A stretch of 64,000 bases of DNA from Amoeboaphelidium protococcarum X5 (GCA_023515725.1 JALDTO010000181.1:252927-316926), one strand, 5' to 3'. Numbered from the stretch's first letter, positions 42,802-57,043 are shown. A program made the numbers and translations. Notes: a model not told the origin generated them from the sequence alone.

Positions 42802-44616
42802 ATGCTAAGTCGTTAGCAAGTATATGAACCTCAAGCTGGATGCAAGGTGGTGCATTTCGACGAGGAAGGCAGCTGTGTTATACAAGTGTTCAACTTGGAT
42901 AAAGTACTGGTGTCTCAACTAGTTGAAGATAATTAGTCATCGTCATTGTAATCATAACGACAATAATAGAAATAGCGCGAGAGTGAATTTACAATTAAAG
43001 ATGCCATGACTGTAACGTATATGCGAGTATCTCTAGATTTGAATAAGCTAGCTTTACTCAGGGATTCATAGCGAATAGAAATTGCTGTGAGAGAAATTGG
43101 TATAATGTCACATACACCAGTGTTCTCCAAGAAGAATGTAATGATTGAAATTCTGGGCTTTCACTGGCTGCATTCATCCTGCCTACTTGTTATCAGTAAT
43201 TGTGGAATAGAATATGTTGAGATTGCAGAGAATTAGAACAAGGTGGTTAAATCCGTTCCATCTGACATATCATGGCATCATTACGTTCCTGGACTTTTAT
43301 TGACCATTGGCCATGGAAATGCAGTCTCTCTTTTCACCATTAATGCTACAGATGGTTTGGTTGAACAGTGGTCTAAAATTGTAATTAATACGCAGTAAAA
43401 GCTTTCACCTGTGAACACGAAGCTCTTTTAGTATTATTCGAGAAATTTTCTGATGATTATCAAGGATCAGAGTGCTCAAGTTTATTACATTGATACTACG
43501 AATGCAGTTTTGGTATTCCTGAGTAATATTGACATTTAAGCATTGTAATCTGAAAATTTTATCATAAATTCTTACGAGAATATGCTTGTATTGAGTAGTA
43601 TTGAGAATAACAAGTCGCTGGTATTTGATATTGCAATCTCTTGGTCAGTTCTATTTGAACATAAGTTTAATTGCGACTCGTAGCTCAAATGGTTTGCATA
43701 CCAGCAGTATTTGTACAATAATAAGAGTCAGATTTTTAGATTACAATTGGATACCTCTTAGGTTGATTCTGTCATAAAGAATGATATTTTGTAATTGTAA
43801 TTCTTAATTCGCAGATCTCATCTGGTAGAGTCTACTATTGTATCTACCAAGTTGTTGAAAATGTGCTCAGATGATTTTCTTGGCAATATAAATCTAGTGT
43901 TACAACTTTTGCGTCATGAGCTGGATGGTGTCAATATAATAGAGTAGATGAAGATTTAACATCAAGTATTACCCAATTTAGTGAAGCCTACTCGGATTCA
44001 AATCCCGCGTTGTAAAGTTATTCACAACACTGAGAATAGGTAATAGCGCATTAAGTTGACAGAGAAGTAGCTTTATGAGACAGTGTGGTAAGTCTTTATG
44101 TCTCAGTGTAAATAACTGGACATAGTTGTGAATGTTACCGTTGAATTTCTTTTGATCACTAAGGATAAGTTGGTAATGTAATAGCTCTAAACTGATCTGG
44201 TTAGATTACTCATTAAAATGGAAAACGTACATTTGCTATAGTCTCTTATTAACGATCGTGTCATTGTGGATTCTATAGAAGTTGCACATCTGCTGGTTCG
44301 TCACCCCAGGCTTCGTGGATATGGAATTGAGATGTACAAACGGCTTAAAATGTATGATCTCGTTGTCCAGTTGCTACTGGACAATTGCGAGGTAGTCGAA
44401 GCGGTCAAGGTTGTTAAGTAGTATGGCCTCATGCAGAATATTGCTCCTGCCAACTTTTTAAATGCGGCTGTGAAAGTTAAAGACAATTACCTGACATTTT
44501 ACAACGTGTATGCATTCCTTCAACAGCGTAATCTTTATCTGTACAACTCAATGAATTTCAGACCTCAAGAGGAATGTGACGATTACATTGCTCTGTTTAG
44601 AAGTAGGTTTGACTGA
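42802..44616 (+). CDS. RMC1: Regulator of MON1-CCZ1 (Mic1/C18orf8)
   Basis: ILGFHW..GIE propeller motif; C-terminal FLNAA..FYNVYAFLQQRN..FRPQEECDDYIALF Mic1 domain. Confidence 0.82.
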
Positions 44617-45125
44617 CTGACTGACTGATTTATTGAAACATTAGTGGTACTTAATATGAATATGTTGACTTTATTCTTTTAAGTTGATTGAGTCTTGCAA
44701 ACGATAGATCTTGAATAGTATCAGATGCGGGAATTGTCGCGTTCATAGGTGGGCTTTACTTGAGTGGTTTAACCAGAAATTGTAGCTTAAGTGGCTCGTT
44801 CTCTAATGATGGAGATTTGTCACTTGATCTGAAGATTTGCGGATCCTTTTTAGTCAGTTTTATACGTTTGACATATGATAAAGTTGGGAAGTATTTCATG
44901 CTACAAAAACTGTAGTATGAACATCTTCAATCAGTAGTTGAGTTCTGAAGTGAGAGTCACAGAGGAGTGGTGACGCGTTTCAAAACATTTAAGTTTGCAA
45001 AGCTGAAACAGTATCTTTTCACTTTAACTCTCTCTAAAACTCTCTATATAACTCTTATTCCTCCATATTTACGTACTGTACTTGTGCAATTGATATACTC
45101 TACCTTCATAAAATTCACATAAAAT

Positions 45126-46305
45126 ATGCCTTAAGTAGAAGAAGATCAAGGAGAGGAAATTGCGGGTCCAACTCCAATTACTAAACTAGAGGTATTTTTG
45201 TGATTCCATCTTTACGTCACACCAACACCATTTGATTATTATTGTAGGAGTGCGGAATTGGTGCAGCTGACGTGAAAAAGTTGGTCGAAGCTGGTTTTAA
45301 TACTGTGGAAGCAGTTGCGTATACACCAAAGAAGGTCATTTTGAATATCAAAGGCATAAGTGAGGCAAAAGCTGACAAGATTATCAACGAAGGTAAATTA
45401 CAGTTACTCTCCGCTCTCATGTCATCTCATCTTTAATGTATTATCTTCAATTCCTATAAGGTAGCTCACAAAATCATTCCTATGGGCTTTCAAAGTGCTA
45501 ATGCCGTTTATGAACAGAGGAAAAATGTGTTGTACATTTCTACTGGAAGTAAAGAGTTTGACAAGTTGCTCAATGGCGGCATTGAAACGGGCAGTATCAC
45601 TGAACTGTTTGGAGAATTTAGAACGGGAAAGTCTCAAGTAAGCTTTGAAATAGTCTCAAGTCATTATCAAATAACCGATACGTGTAGTTGTGCCATACTC
45701 TAGCTGTAACGTGTCAGCTGCCAGCTGATCAAGGCGGTGCTGAAGGGAAGTGTCTGTTTATCGACACTGAAGGCACCTTTCGACCAGAGCGTCTCGTCCC
45801 CATCGCAGAGAGATTTGGACTTAATCCTGAAGGATGTCTTGATAATATTGCGTATGCCAGAGCGTACAATTCTGATCATTAGAATCAGCTCTTGATACAA
45901 GCAAGTGCAATGATGGCCGATGAGCGTTTTGCTTTGCTCATTGTTGACTCTGCCACGGCGTTGTATCGAACTGATTTCAGTGGTCGTGGTGAACTGTCAG
46001 CTCGCCAGATGCATTTGGCTAAATTCTTGAGAAGTCTGCTACGTCTGGCGGATGAATTTGGTGTTGCGGTAGTTATCACAAATCAAGTCGTTGCGCAGGT
46101 TGACGGTGGAATGGCCATGTTCAATGCTGATCCAAAGAAGCCTATTGGTGGAAATATCATGGCGCATGCATCCACCACGCGTCTATCTCTCCGTAAAGGT
46201 CGTGGCGATTCTCGTATTGTGAAAGTTTATGATAGTCCGATGCTACCAGACTCTGAAGCAGTATTCAGCATTCAAAATGAAGGTATAACTGACTCTTCAG
46301 ATTGA
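45126..46305 (+). CDS. RAD51: Recombinase Rad51; introns 45192-45247, 45393-45464 and 45638-45687
   Basis: [47 protein letters not shown]. Confidence 0.97.
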
Positions 46306-46842
46306 ATTACTTCTGTATCAAGATGAAGCAATTACAATTTTTTCAACTAAAAGGCGTGTTACGCAGCATCTTGCTTTTAATTCTCTCAATGCCGCAATTA
46401 ATGCAGGCATATCTAAAATATCTAGCATAAACTTCCACTTCAAACAAATCGCGAGTTTTGTGCCTAATACGGAACAACTGTATTTCGTAGTCGGTCGGTA
46501 CAATGAGGACCAAAAGAATCACGAGAACTTCCGTCAAAGATTTACTTTCAACTACATTTAAAATCGTAAAATAACTTCTCAAGAGCAATAAATAAATAAA
46601 ATCAGTGTATTGAAACAGAGTTTGGGAGTCTATTCTGGAAGTCATGACGGTCCTACAGTAGTAATTGGTACGCGATACCCCTGACAAACTGATAAAATCA
46701 GCAATGAAGCGCAAGGTCAGCTCGCGCGTAAAAAGTTTCGTTCTCGTCGATCAACCTTAGAGCAACCTCAAATTTTTCGGCAATTCCTCTCCTCCACGTT
46801 CCGTTATCCTATAATATAAGCTGCTATAGACAGAAGAATAAA

Positions 46843-47330
46843 ATGGTAAGTACGTATTATAATCAGTTATCGTGCGCGTGGTTCAATGTTAAGAAATGAT
46901 GAGGATATATGGATAATGTCACGACAGAATTTACAATTGTTGAGTATCCATACTGCCTTCCTTCTGATTTAGGACGCGTTTACGTGATTACATTGGTTGG
47001 CGCCCGATGACTGAGGACTATTGACAGATAGAATCTAACTCTCTTAATATCATATATGTGTAGCCTAAATAAGTATTGGAATTGAAAGATTTTTTGACCG
47101 CCCTGCGCCGTCCAGATGCTAAATCCATCGTCATCAAGACTAATAAGAGAAACACAAAGTTCAAGTTGAGAACTAGCAAGAACCTGCTCACCATGGTCTT
47201 GACTGATAAGGAGAAGGTTGGTAAGTTGAAGGAGAGTCTGCCTGCAAGTAAGATTTCTTGATTATTACGCGTGTATAGTTGATTTTCACTGCTTGATTAA
47301 TTTGTAGACTTGGTTCCAACTGAGATTTGA
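46843..47330 (+). CDS. RPL38: 60S ribosomal protein L38; introns 46846-47063 and 47248-47307
   Basis: [32 protein letters not shown]. Confidence 0.92.
46894..46970 (+). ncRNA. Intronic box C/D snoRNA, snR52-like (guide for the 18S Am420 equivalent)
   Basis: Box C ATGATGA at 46896; box D CTGA at 46964; guide CTGCCTTCCTT antisense to conserved 18S AAGGAAGGCAG. Confidence 0.82.
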
Positions 47331-47435
47331 ATGTGACTCAATACATTTATAGTATCCGATTTTGTTTGTTTTGTTTTCGCTTGCATTCTATTCCATAATT
47401 TCTCTCTTTGCAATATATCATTAGCATTGATCAAT

Positions 47436-47846
47436 ATGGCTAAAGTAGTGCGTACATCTTAATTTGAGAAGAAGTCTATTCCGATATTACATTAGTGGAA
47501 TTCGCTGTATTAGAAATGGCCTGTAGAGCCAGCTCGAGAAGGTCGATCTATGCGCGATTTCCTATAGAAGAGGATCTAGCGTATGAGTAAAGGTGACGTC
47601 AAATCGGCAGATTAATCACAGTCTCTTAAAGCTGAATTGAAATACGCTCAAGATGTGCTTTAGAATAAATATGTCAATTAATATCCATAGCCTCAATCAT
47701 GGCGTCCAGTGCATAGAGAAGCTTATCCGCTGTTGTCGAATGAGGCGCGTTCGTCAAAGATCAGCTCTGTGTCTTTGTTTATACCAGTCATGACAGCGTC
47801 TCTGAAGCATAGATTTAGAAATATGAAGAAGGACATTTTCGGTTGA
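47436..47846 (+). CDS. Complex III assembly factor UQCC2/Cbp6-like
   Basis: QKWPVEPAREGRSMRDFL and LQNKYVNQYP motifs. Confidence 0.6.
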
Positions 47847-47903
47847 TGAATGATACATTGCTCTGTATAAATAAAAACGATTTAAAGTATGCTCTCTCAG
47901 TAT

Positions 47904-48548
47904 TCATTTAATGCTCGATTACTATAGACAAGTCTGAACCGCCTCGACAATTACTCTATGCTCAGCTTAATGCATACGAGATTCAAAATCTTCTAGTGAT
48001 TCCCCATTGATGAATTCAACCTCCTCCATTTCCACAACCTTTCCCATATCCACATCTTCAATCACATCATGAACCATCACGCCGCTCCTTCGCAAACTAG
48101 GATCATTTAGGTGGGCATCAAATGCGCGTTATATAGCATTAACACCGCTAAATTCACCAGGCAGAGCAGGATGTAGATTAATCACTCTTGGAACGGTTGG
48201 GTTATCATCAGTACTGTGTTGAAGCCGATCAAGAAACTCTTTGGATACTATCAACATCCAGCCAGCCATCACTACCAATTATACATTGCCGACGTCAAGT
48301 ATGATTTCTGCCAAGTCTTTATCAAACTGACTTCGCGTCGATCCCTTGTCTTTATATGATTTAAGAGAGTGTACCATTGTAGGTATTCCCGCTTCGCTGG
48401 CACGCGTAAGACCGTACGCGGATGCTTTGGATGATATTACCAAGGCAATCTCGACATTCCTCAGCTGACTAGAAGTTGCATCAATTATGGCTTACAGATT
48501 ACTTCCATTGCCTGATATAAGCACCACAATTCTCTATTTATTACTCAT
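47904..48548 (-). CDS. ADE8: Phosphoribosylglycinamide formyltransferase
   Basis: IVVLISGNGSNLQAIID, MAGWM, INLHPALPGEF, GVMVH..DMG. Confidence 0.95.
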
Positions 48549-48668
48549 ACGTTGTTATTACTATCGACGCCGAGTGAGCTGTACGACGACTTCTTTCTCT
48601 CGTTGTGTGGAAGAGTGATTGAATTTTACGAATTTATCATCTACGCATTTAAAGAATTTAAATAAAAT

Positions 48669-49301
48669 ATGGAGCAAACTAAATCTTTAGTCTTGGTAAA
48701 TATACCCGACGAAATTTTTGCTTATGCTTAATAAGCTCAGCGCAATGGGATATCAAAGGTACTCGAATGCTATACACCAGCTCTGGTGGAATTTAAAGTG
48801 ATGATTCCCGAAGTTGCTTCGACTATCGTGGAGATTGCACCGCTGACATCATTTGCTAGGATTCTATTATGCTTTTAAAATACTGATTAGGCATAGCGAT
48901 GTAAGCAGTACGTTAATGAGTAGAAGTAATCTAATATCAAGGCGTATCAGGTGAGTGATGCGTTGTTTGAATAGCCTGGCGAGTATGAACGGTATCTCAT
49001 ACCACCAGAGAATGATAAACTGTTTCTCATCAGTCCCCCAGCATCTCCTCCCAGCGACTGGGTATAGATAACTGAGAGTGATCCCACTAGTCACGATGCT
49101 GGATATCAGGAGATGCTCGTTAATCACTTAAATGATCGGCTCAGTGACCGGCTTCATTTGGGATAGAACGACAGCGAATCTCTGATGAGATCGAGACTGC
49201 CGCAGATTGTGATTGAAAATGTTGAGTAAGAACATCTATACGTGTAATCTCAAGTCCCTGGTAAAATTTTGAAAACTAAAATGCCCTCAGTATCAAGGTG
49301 A
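48669..49301 (+). CDS. RCN1: Calcipressin (regulator of calcineurin)
   Basis: LTSFARIL, KLFLISPPASPPSDW, LPQIVIE, LKTKMP. Confidence 0.9.
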
Positions 49302-49996
49302 TTATTTGTAAAAATTTTGACGTTCTTATAGCATTTTCTTTTTTCAATAGCCGAGATGTATTTCATTCTCTTTATAGAAAAGTTGAAAAATTGCTTTGAT
49401 TGTTAAACACAAACGTACTCTATATAAACGCGTCTAGTATTAGATGCTTTATATTCACACATGTAATTCTATTAATTTCTATGATGAGATTCTATTCATC
49501 CACACTATTTGATGCAGTTGTATTCTGTACCACTGCACATGATAGTTGCAATCTCTGAGATCTAATGAATCTTTTAGCACTATATCATCATTTTGTAGTA
49601 CTCACTCTTTATCTATACGAATTTGCATAAGAGTGGAGTGATTTTTTCTTGTTTCGTATGTGAATGCCTTACGCTGCTGTCACCTGACTGCATACTCAAT
49701 CTTTCAATTTGATGACACCGAAGCATCGTCCCTCTGGTGTTGGTCGTGCTTGAGCACAGTCTATCAATTTGCGCCTCTTCCGTTGAAGCAGTCGCGATTT
49801 TAAGAGTCGCACATTTCATTTAAATAACCAACTTCTTTAACTGCAATGAATGATTATACACAGTAAGAAAATTAACAATCATCAGATAACAGGCATAATT
49901 ATATATTTTTACACATCTTCTCAATCAGTTCGTAGACATATACTCAAGTACTCGCTCGTTCAAATAGTGTAACAAATATGCAACTAAAGTACACGC

Positions 49997-50982
<986 letters not shown>

Positions 50983-51197
50983 AGTGCTGAATTTTCAGAT
51001 ACAAAACAATTTTATAATGCTATCAAATAGCAATTAAAGCGACAAGGGACAGTTGTAAATTGATTCAAATAAAGAGAGATGAATCGCTGTGTGTGTGTTG
51101 TGATCTTAAGCAGGAAAGAAACAGACGAGCCGACCCGCGAAGACGTGATCGCCAGGAGAAGTCTATTACGCTAGAGTTAACTATATAATAAATTCAT

Positions 51198-51303
51198 GGG
51201 GAAAGTTATTCGGCCCGATCGGGCTCGCTTATTCGGCCCAATCCTATTCGGCCCAACAGTGAAACAAGAGACAATGGTTATTCGGCCCATATATTCAGCA
51301 CCA
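51198..51303 (+). repeat. Left TIR with TATTCGGCCC subrepeats
   Basis: Inverted match to 55038-55143. Confidence 0.92.
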
Positions 51304-51334
51304 AAAAACAAAATTTATTCATACACTCTCGATA

Positions 51335-53557
51335 TCACTTAGATTAAGACTTTTGCTTCTTATTTCTTAATTTTTCACCTGCGGCTGCATATCTCGTCTT
51401 TTTCCGTACGTTATTGCGTGGCCTACCTTTGCAAGGCTGACTGCCATCTGGTAGGCGGATCTCTTCATTCTCTTACTCCGTGATTTAGTCAGCTTCTGCC
51501 TCAGATTCTACAACGTGAGAGGAATTTTTCTCCTGTGGGCGCATAGACTACTCTTGCGATGCTGCAACCTGGTTCAACGCCTTTAAAGTCAGCTTTTTCC
51601 CCTTTATTGTACGAGCTTTATCATGAATGTTGACGAACACGCCGTGCATGTCCCGATCCAGCATCTTTTTCTCTTTTCTTGCAATATCCTCGTCCCCGAG
51701 AATTGGACGCGTCTCTTCGTGCCCAGCTGCAACAACTTTACAATACAAGTTCTCCATCGTCACTTCTGGCATGCTGTCTGAACTCTATTTACTAAATACA
51801 CGATACTCGGTTGGCTACTATTTATACCATCTTGGTTTGTACAAAGCTAGAGGTACAATCTACGCATGGACATCATTTATGTACCAAGCAAAATAATGCC
51901 TGCATGGGATGCCATATGTGACTGGCATGCAGCACGAGCATTATATCGAGAAGTCTGTGGAAATTACTAATTTTGCTCTGCTATTAGGAGGGATAATACT
52001 CTACACCCACACAATTCTACTCCCAGTCTCGTTCTAGATGGTTTATGGTGTTGGTGACGCATTAGTATCAAGAAATAGGTCATAGTGTACAGAGTCTAAG
52101 CTAGAGCCTTGAACACCAACTAATTCCTGAGCATCGCCTACAGCTATGCTCTCGTCAGCCAGTCTGTACTCTGCCACTCCTCGATACATTTATGCTAAGG
52201 TCTAAGCGAACGCAAATGTGCTTAGATTATCCTACAGATAAACCATCAGGTCTTCACCGTAATAACGACTGAGTCTCTCCAATTCACTGCTGTTATTTGC
52301 CACGCGTGACTAAGTCCAAGTACTGGATTACTCGAGGCCCTGAGCAAAAGATAACTTGCTTATCTATTCAATGGAATTAACTAAGGTGGTTTTGCCGTTT
52401 GCCACTTTCCTAACTTGGCTATTGAAAGATTCAGCGATGGATGACGCGCTCATGTCCATGTTAAAATAATGCATTTGATAACACTTGACCCACAGTGCCC
52501 ATGTGTCTCGACCAAGTTGTTCGTTCATATACTGCTCCATGATTGGGAATTCCTGGAGTAGGCGATGCCAGCGACGATTAAAGTCATCTGCACTAAGTGA
52601 GTAACGCATCGACGTGAAGTTTGCCAGAAATCTAGCTCTCTGCACCTTGTCTTTTATTCTGATGGAGCTACTCTTTACATTCTGCAATATGTGCCAAAAG
52701 CACAATGCGTGGTTTACTCCGTCATATTCCTTTAATGAACGCTGCAGAGCTAAATCCTTGTCAGAGTAAACAGTCTAAGGATACCAACTACTGTTGGTTA
52801 CCATCCAATTTAAGAACCAGCTAAAATCCTCCGACGTCTCTCTTTCCACTAATGCAGCTGCACCAAGACGGATCTTACCTTCTCTATCCACGACTACCAC
52901 TGCAACCAATGGCATGTTAAGACTGTTCTTTTTGTCGGTGGAATCAATGGTAATCATGTCGCCGTACAGTTGGAGATTTTGCCTCATTGCTGGCGTCATC
53001 CAACAGATCCTTCGTATCACATTCTACTCCTTGTACAGACCATGTACCCATTGCCCCTCTGCAGTCTTCTCCTGCAAGTATTACAACAAACTCTTAGAGG
53101 TGTCACCCTCTGTTTAACACTATGGAAGTCTCCTTATATAATTTTGGACTTACTGATAATCCCAGTTCTAATCTCTATACTTGACGCGTAAAACTTAAAG
53201 TACTACTGCAGGAGACTAGCCTGCCTATATCAACGCTATGATATCTTATTCTATCTGAGGTTATAATTGCGCGGATTCCTTCATCTTGGCTCGTTTCACG
53301 TATGGATTTAACTCAATAGCCGCTAAAGACTACGACTGGTGATTGTGGTTTAAATGGAAGCTCTGTGGGCAGACTCTGCCATTTCTAAAGACGAAAGTGC
53401 CTCTCCAAAGGCAGTTGGTCTTTTTGGAGAGCTTATTGCGTTGAGAAAATCCATCATCCTTGAGTACTCTAGTCGGTTTTCCGGCCTTTTAGCATTTAAG
53501 CCTCAAGTGACTAGCAGTCTTCTCATGTTTAACAATCACCCCAATGAGTTTTACCAT
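51335..53557 (-). CDS. MULE transposase (FAR1/WRKY-GCM1 zinc domain, DDE, SWIM), downstream frame
   Basis: KKTNC..HNH; IDST, SDKD, CFWH, AESFN; CSCC..GIPCRH; open to TGA 51335 with TAR=Gln. Confidence 0.88.
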
Positions 53558-55017
53558 CTCTAAGTATACTCCATAGCCTACTCCATCGAATCAAAGGATT
53601 TATTCATAAAATCTTCATCATCTTCCTACTCACCAGTCCTGACTGAATCCGCCTTAGTAGACTCAATCATTGATTCTTCCGGACGGCAATTCGCGGTCGT
53701 ACTCTTCTTCGACTCAGCAACTTCGAGCTGTTTGACAAATGGATTACTGTTGGATACAACATTAGCAAAGCTTACTTCATTTTTGGAAGCATCAAATCTG
53801 ACTACAATCTCAAAGCTTTGAGAGACGTGACTATGAAAGAATGGCGTTGGGTTGAGTTTACTTTCACCAAAGCTTTACTTCTATACTGTACTAGGCCTGC
53901 CATTCATGCCGGTCTCCTCACTTTACGCGTCATCATCCTGGCTTAAAACAGAGAACCGATTACTTTTGATGACCGAAGACTGAAATATACTCTCTTAATA
54001 CGTATACACTACTTTGGCAGGAGTTTTGGGAGCCACCACATGGTTAGTCTTATGCTATGAAGATGATCTGCACGCGTCCTTTTACTCTACTGCATTACTT
54101 TCAGCTTTATCGTTTTGAGAATTATTTTGGTCCACTTAAGAAGTCATGGAAGACATAACAGATTTCTGATCAGATGCAGCACTCATTTCTTCATCGGCGG
54201 AGACAGGTCTCTTGACGGCTGAAGATTGCGAAGGATTAGTCTACTCTGGCATAGCCAATAACGGGCTCTCTTTCTACTTGAGTTTCTCTTCTCGTTTTTG
54301 GTAGTAATTCTAAAAGGCCTGGAGTGACACTTTCAATTCCGCGTCGGAGAGTCCTGCATCCTTCATCGCTGCATACGAATCTGCATTGGGTAATTCGTCC
54401 TTGAAGTCGGTATACTTCGATTACGCGTCCCAGAAGTCTTTCCAACCTGGAAGCAATGCCCTTCTTGAGCTCTTATGGCCCTATAGAATTGCATTTGAAG
54501 GAAGTACGCTGATATTACTCAAAGATATGAAGTGATTGGCATTGCTTGGAGTGGACCAGGCAATGTGAAGGGTCTTTAAGTCCTGCAGCTTTAATCCCTT
54601 AGAGTCTTGAACATATCTCTTTGGAATAAAGGTGCATCCTCCGCTATTACTGATTATTTTATCTTCTACCTTCACAATTTAATCGTGTAGGGCTATAATG
54701 ACACCTAACGCATTGGCAATTGCAGCTATATGGAACTGTGCCAAGTATACACCATCAGTTTCAAGACTACGCACTAATTCTAGATATTCCCCCTATGAGT
54801 GCTCATACCTCATGTCACAATAGACACTCTTATTGTCTTTTACTTCTTTCAATGATAAGTTCTTTACCTTCTTCCACTTCTTCTCCGTACCATACATGCT
54901 GTATGATATCGCTCTGGATAAGCAATTACCATCTCCTAAAGGATCATAAGTGATAATACTGTCTAGAATATCTGAACTTAAATAAATATTGACAAATGAT
55001 GCAGATTTATTATTCAT
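53536..55017 (-). CDS. OTU-like cysteine protease plus linker; upstream frame of the transposase gene
   Basis: GDGNCLSRAIS, IAAIANALGV, NHFISL; frame ends just after FDSMEQAMEY. Confidence 0.75.
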
Positions 55018-55037
55018 ATTGGTCACTATAGAATAGT

Positions 55038-55143
55038 TGGTGCTGAATAAAAGGGCCGAATAGCTATTGTTTCACGTTTCACTTCGGGGCTGAATAGGAT
55101 TGGGCCGAATAAGCGAGCCCGATCGGGCCAAATACTTTTTCCC
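55038..55143 (-). repeat. Right TIR
   Basis: Inverted match to 51198-51303. Confidence 0.92.
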
Positions 55144-56479
55144 TAAATTCATCGGTCCACACTAAGGCATCGTCATTTCTTCACTGGAAATAAAGTATTG
55201 GATCAAGAATATGCATAGATACTAGACTAAAAATTTCAATCAAGATCAAGAAAGCAAGAGACAACTTGAATGGTTAAGGCCAGGCGTCCCTAGTTGATTT
55301 CACTTTTGACAGTGTAAGTAAAGAGTAACGAAAGACTAAGTACGAGTATATTTCAGTACAGAGAAGAAATCATAGTTCACAGTTAAGAGCTTTTATGGAG
55401 CTCTTAGCTCTTAATTACCGATATCACTTAAATGATGCTTAAGTAATAAGACTTCTGTTCTTACAGACAGACAGACAGTTTCCCATTCTGTTTCAGAACA
55501 CAAACACCTCTTCCATTTCTCCAATAAGATCGTAACAGATCATCAAGTACACCATAATCACGTACTACACGTACAATCAATCGGAAATATGGATTATTTA
55601 ACAAAGAACTTCAACAAATCAAAGGACCGTGGTGATTCTGAACATAAGAATTGCACGTAATTATTGCAAGAGAATTAGTATCTGCTCCATGCATTAAGTG
55701 AGTTGACCGAGAAGCATGGACAGCATGTCAAAACGACAAAAGATAATCTCCGTGTCAGCTATGCAAGAACAAATAATCAATATAGTTCGCGTTTCTTTGC
55801 TATTTGCTTGGTAAGCTATGATATTACTTTCAAGATAAAGATGAGGACAATTAGAACATTATGTAGATGTCATGTATGTTCATTATCGCCGTATTGATAT
55901 CTATAAGTCACTTTGCGATGTTCATTGACTGGTAAGCTGCTCAGCTTCTTTAGCTATGGAGTAACATTTTGGTGTTTATAATTCTATACATAGAACTCAG
56001 TTGAACCCATCACAAGTTTATCATGGTCGACGACGCGATCTTTAATGATATTCAATGATTACTTTACACCAAATACGCTCCAAATATAAACAAGATAATG
56101 CCATTGATTCTACAGTTGTTTTTATTATTCTCTGAGACTTTGATCGGCAGTTAAGCTTTGTTGAAACAGCAAGGAAGATCCTATCAAAAAGCTTTAGTCA
56201 TTTAAAAATCACATATCACTCTTTACTTCTGCCCAAATTAAAACAATTTACAAGATCTCCAATCTAACGTCCAGGGAGAATGATTAAGCAGCCAGTCTGA
56301 GTATTGAACGATTGATTAACAGACGGCCTGATTGTTTGATGAATGACAGTGACAAAGTGATTCATCGCGTCAGAATTTGATTCTATGACTTCCTTTTGAT
56401 ATGATATCTCATCTCTTCCTTTTCATTGTAAACTTACTGCTAGCAATCGACTTTATTTCAAAAATATAGTAAAGATAAT

Positions 56480-57043
56480 ATGTCTCAAAGCTCTGTTGAT
56501 ACGTTGATCAAGTAGGATCATGATAAGCTGAGATCGCTGTATTAGGATATCAAGAATGAAACCAACGTTGTGGAAAAGTAAAAGTTTACCAATGAGTTCA
56601 TAAAGACGCTGTCTGTGCACTCTGTAGCTGAGGAGATGATTGTCTATCCGGCTTTTGAGGCGCGTTTGGTTAAAGGACGTGACACTGCTGACCATAGCCG
56701 CGAAGAGCATGGTGAGATTAAGCATGAGCTTTACAAGTTGGACCAGATGACTGCTGATCAGAAGGGTTTCGATCAGTAGTTAGACAGAGTGTTTGAGATT
56801 CTTGATAAGCACTCGAAGGAGGAGGAAGAGGAGTTGCTGCCTGCATTGGCTAGAACAATGTATGAATCTGAGCTGACTGATATTGGCGAACAGTTCCAGG
56901 CTACCAAGACCAAAGTTCCAACTCACCCTCATCCTTGGGCACCTGATCGTCCACCATTTGAGACTATCGCTGGTATGCTTCAAGCGCCTCTGGATAAGTT
57001 GTACGATTGGATTGCGCGTGATTATCCTACTGCAACTCGTTGA
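56480..57043 (+). CDS. Hemerythrin/HHE cation-binding domain protein
   Basis: DH, HSVAEEMIVYP, EH, HSKEEE, PTHPHPWAP. Confidence 0.9.

Larger units (their letters stand above)
51198..55143 (-). mobile_element. Mutator-like DNA transposon (MULE), full length
   Basis: ~105-bp imperfect TIRs; perfect 9-bp TSD TAAATTCAT at 51189-51197 and 55144-55152; internal transposase. Confidence 0.95.

Noticed and set aside
44973-44984. MCB (ACGCGT) plus CHR-like TTCAAA upstream of RAD51
   Set aside because: Plausible, but ACGCGT is frequent across the window, so enrichment cannot be shown
55589-56100. Possible spliced hypothetical gene after the transposon
   Set aside because: No recognisable domain and exon structure could not be resolved
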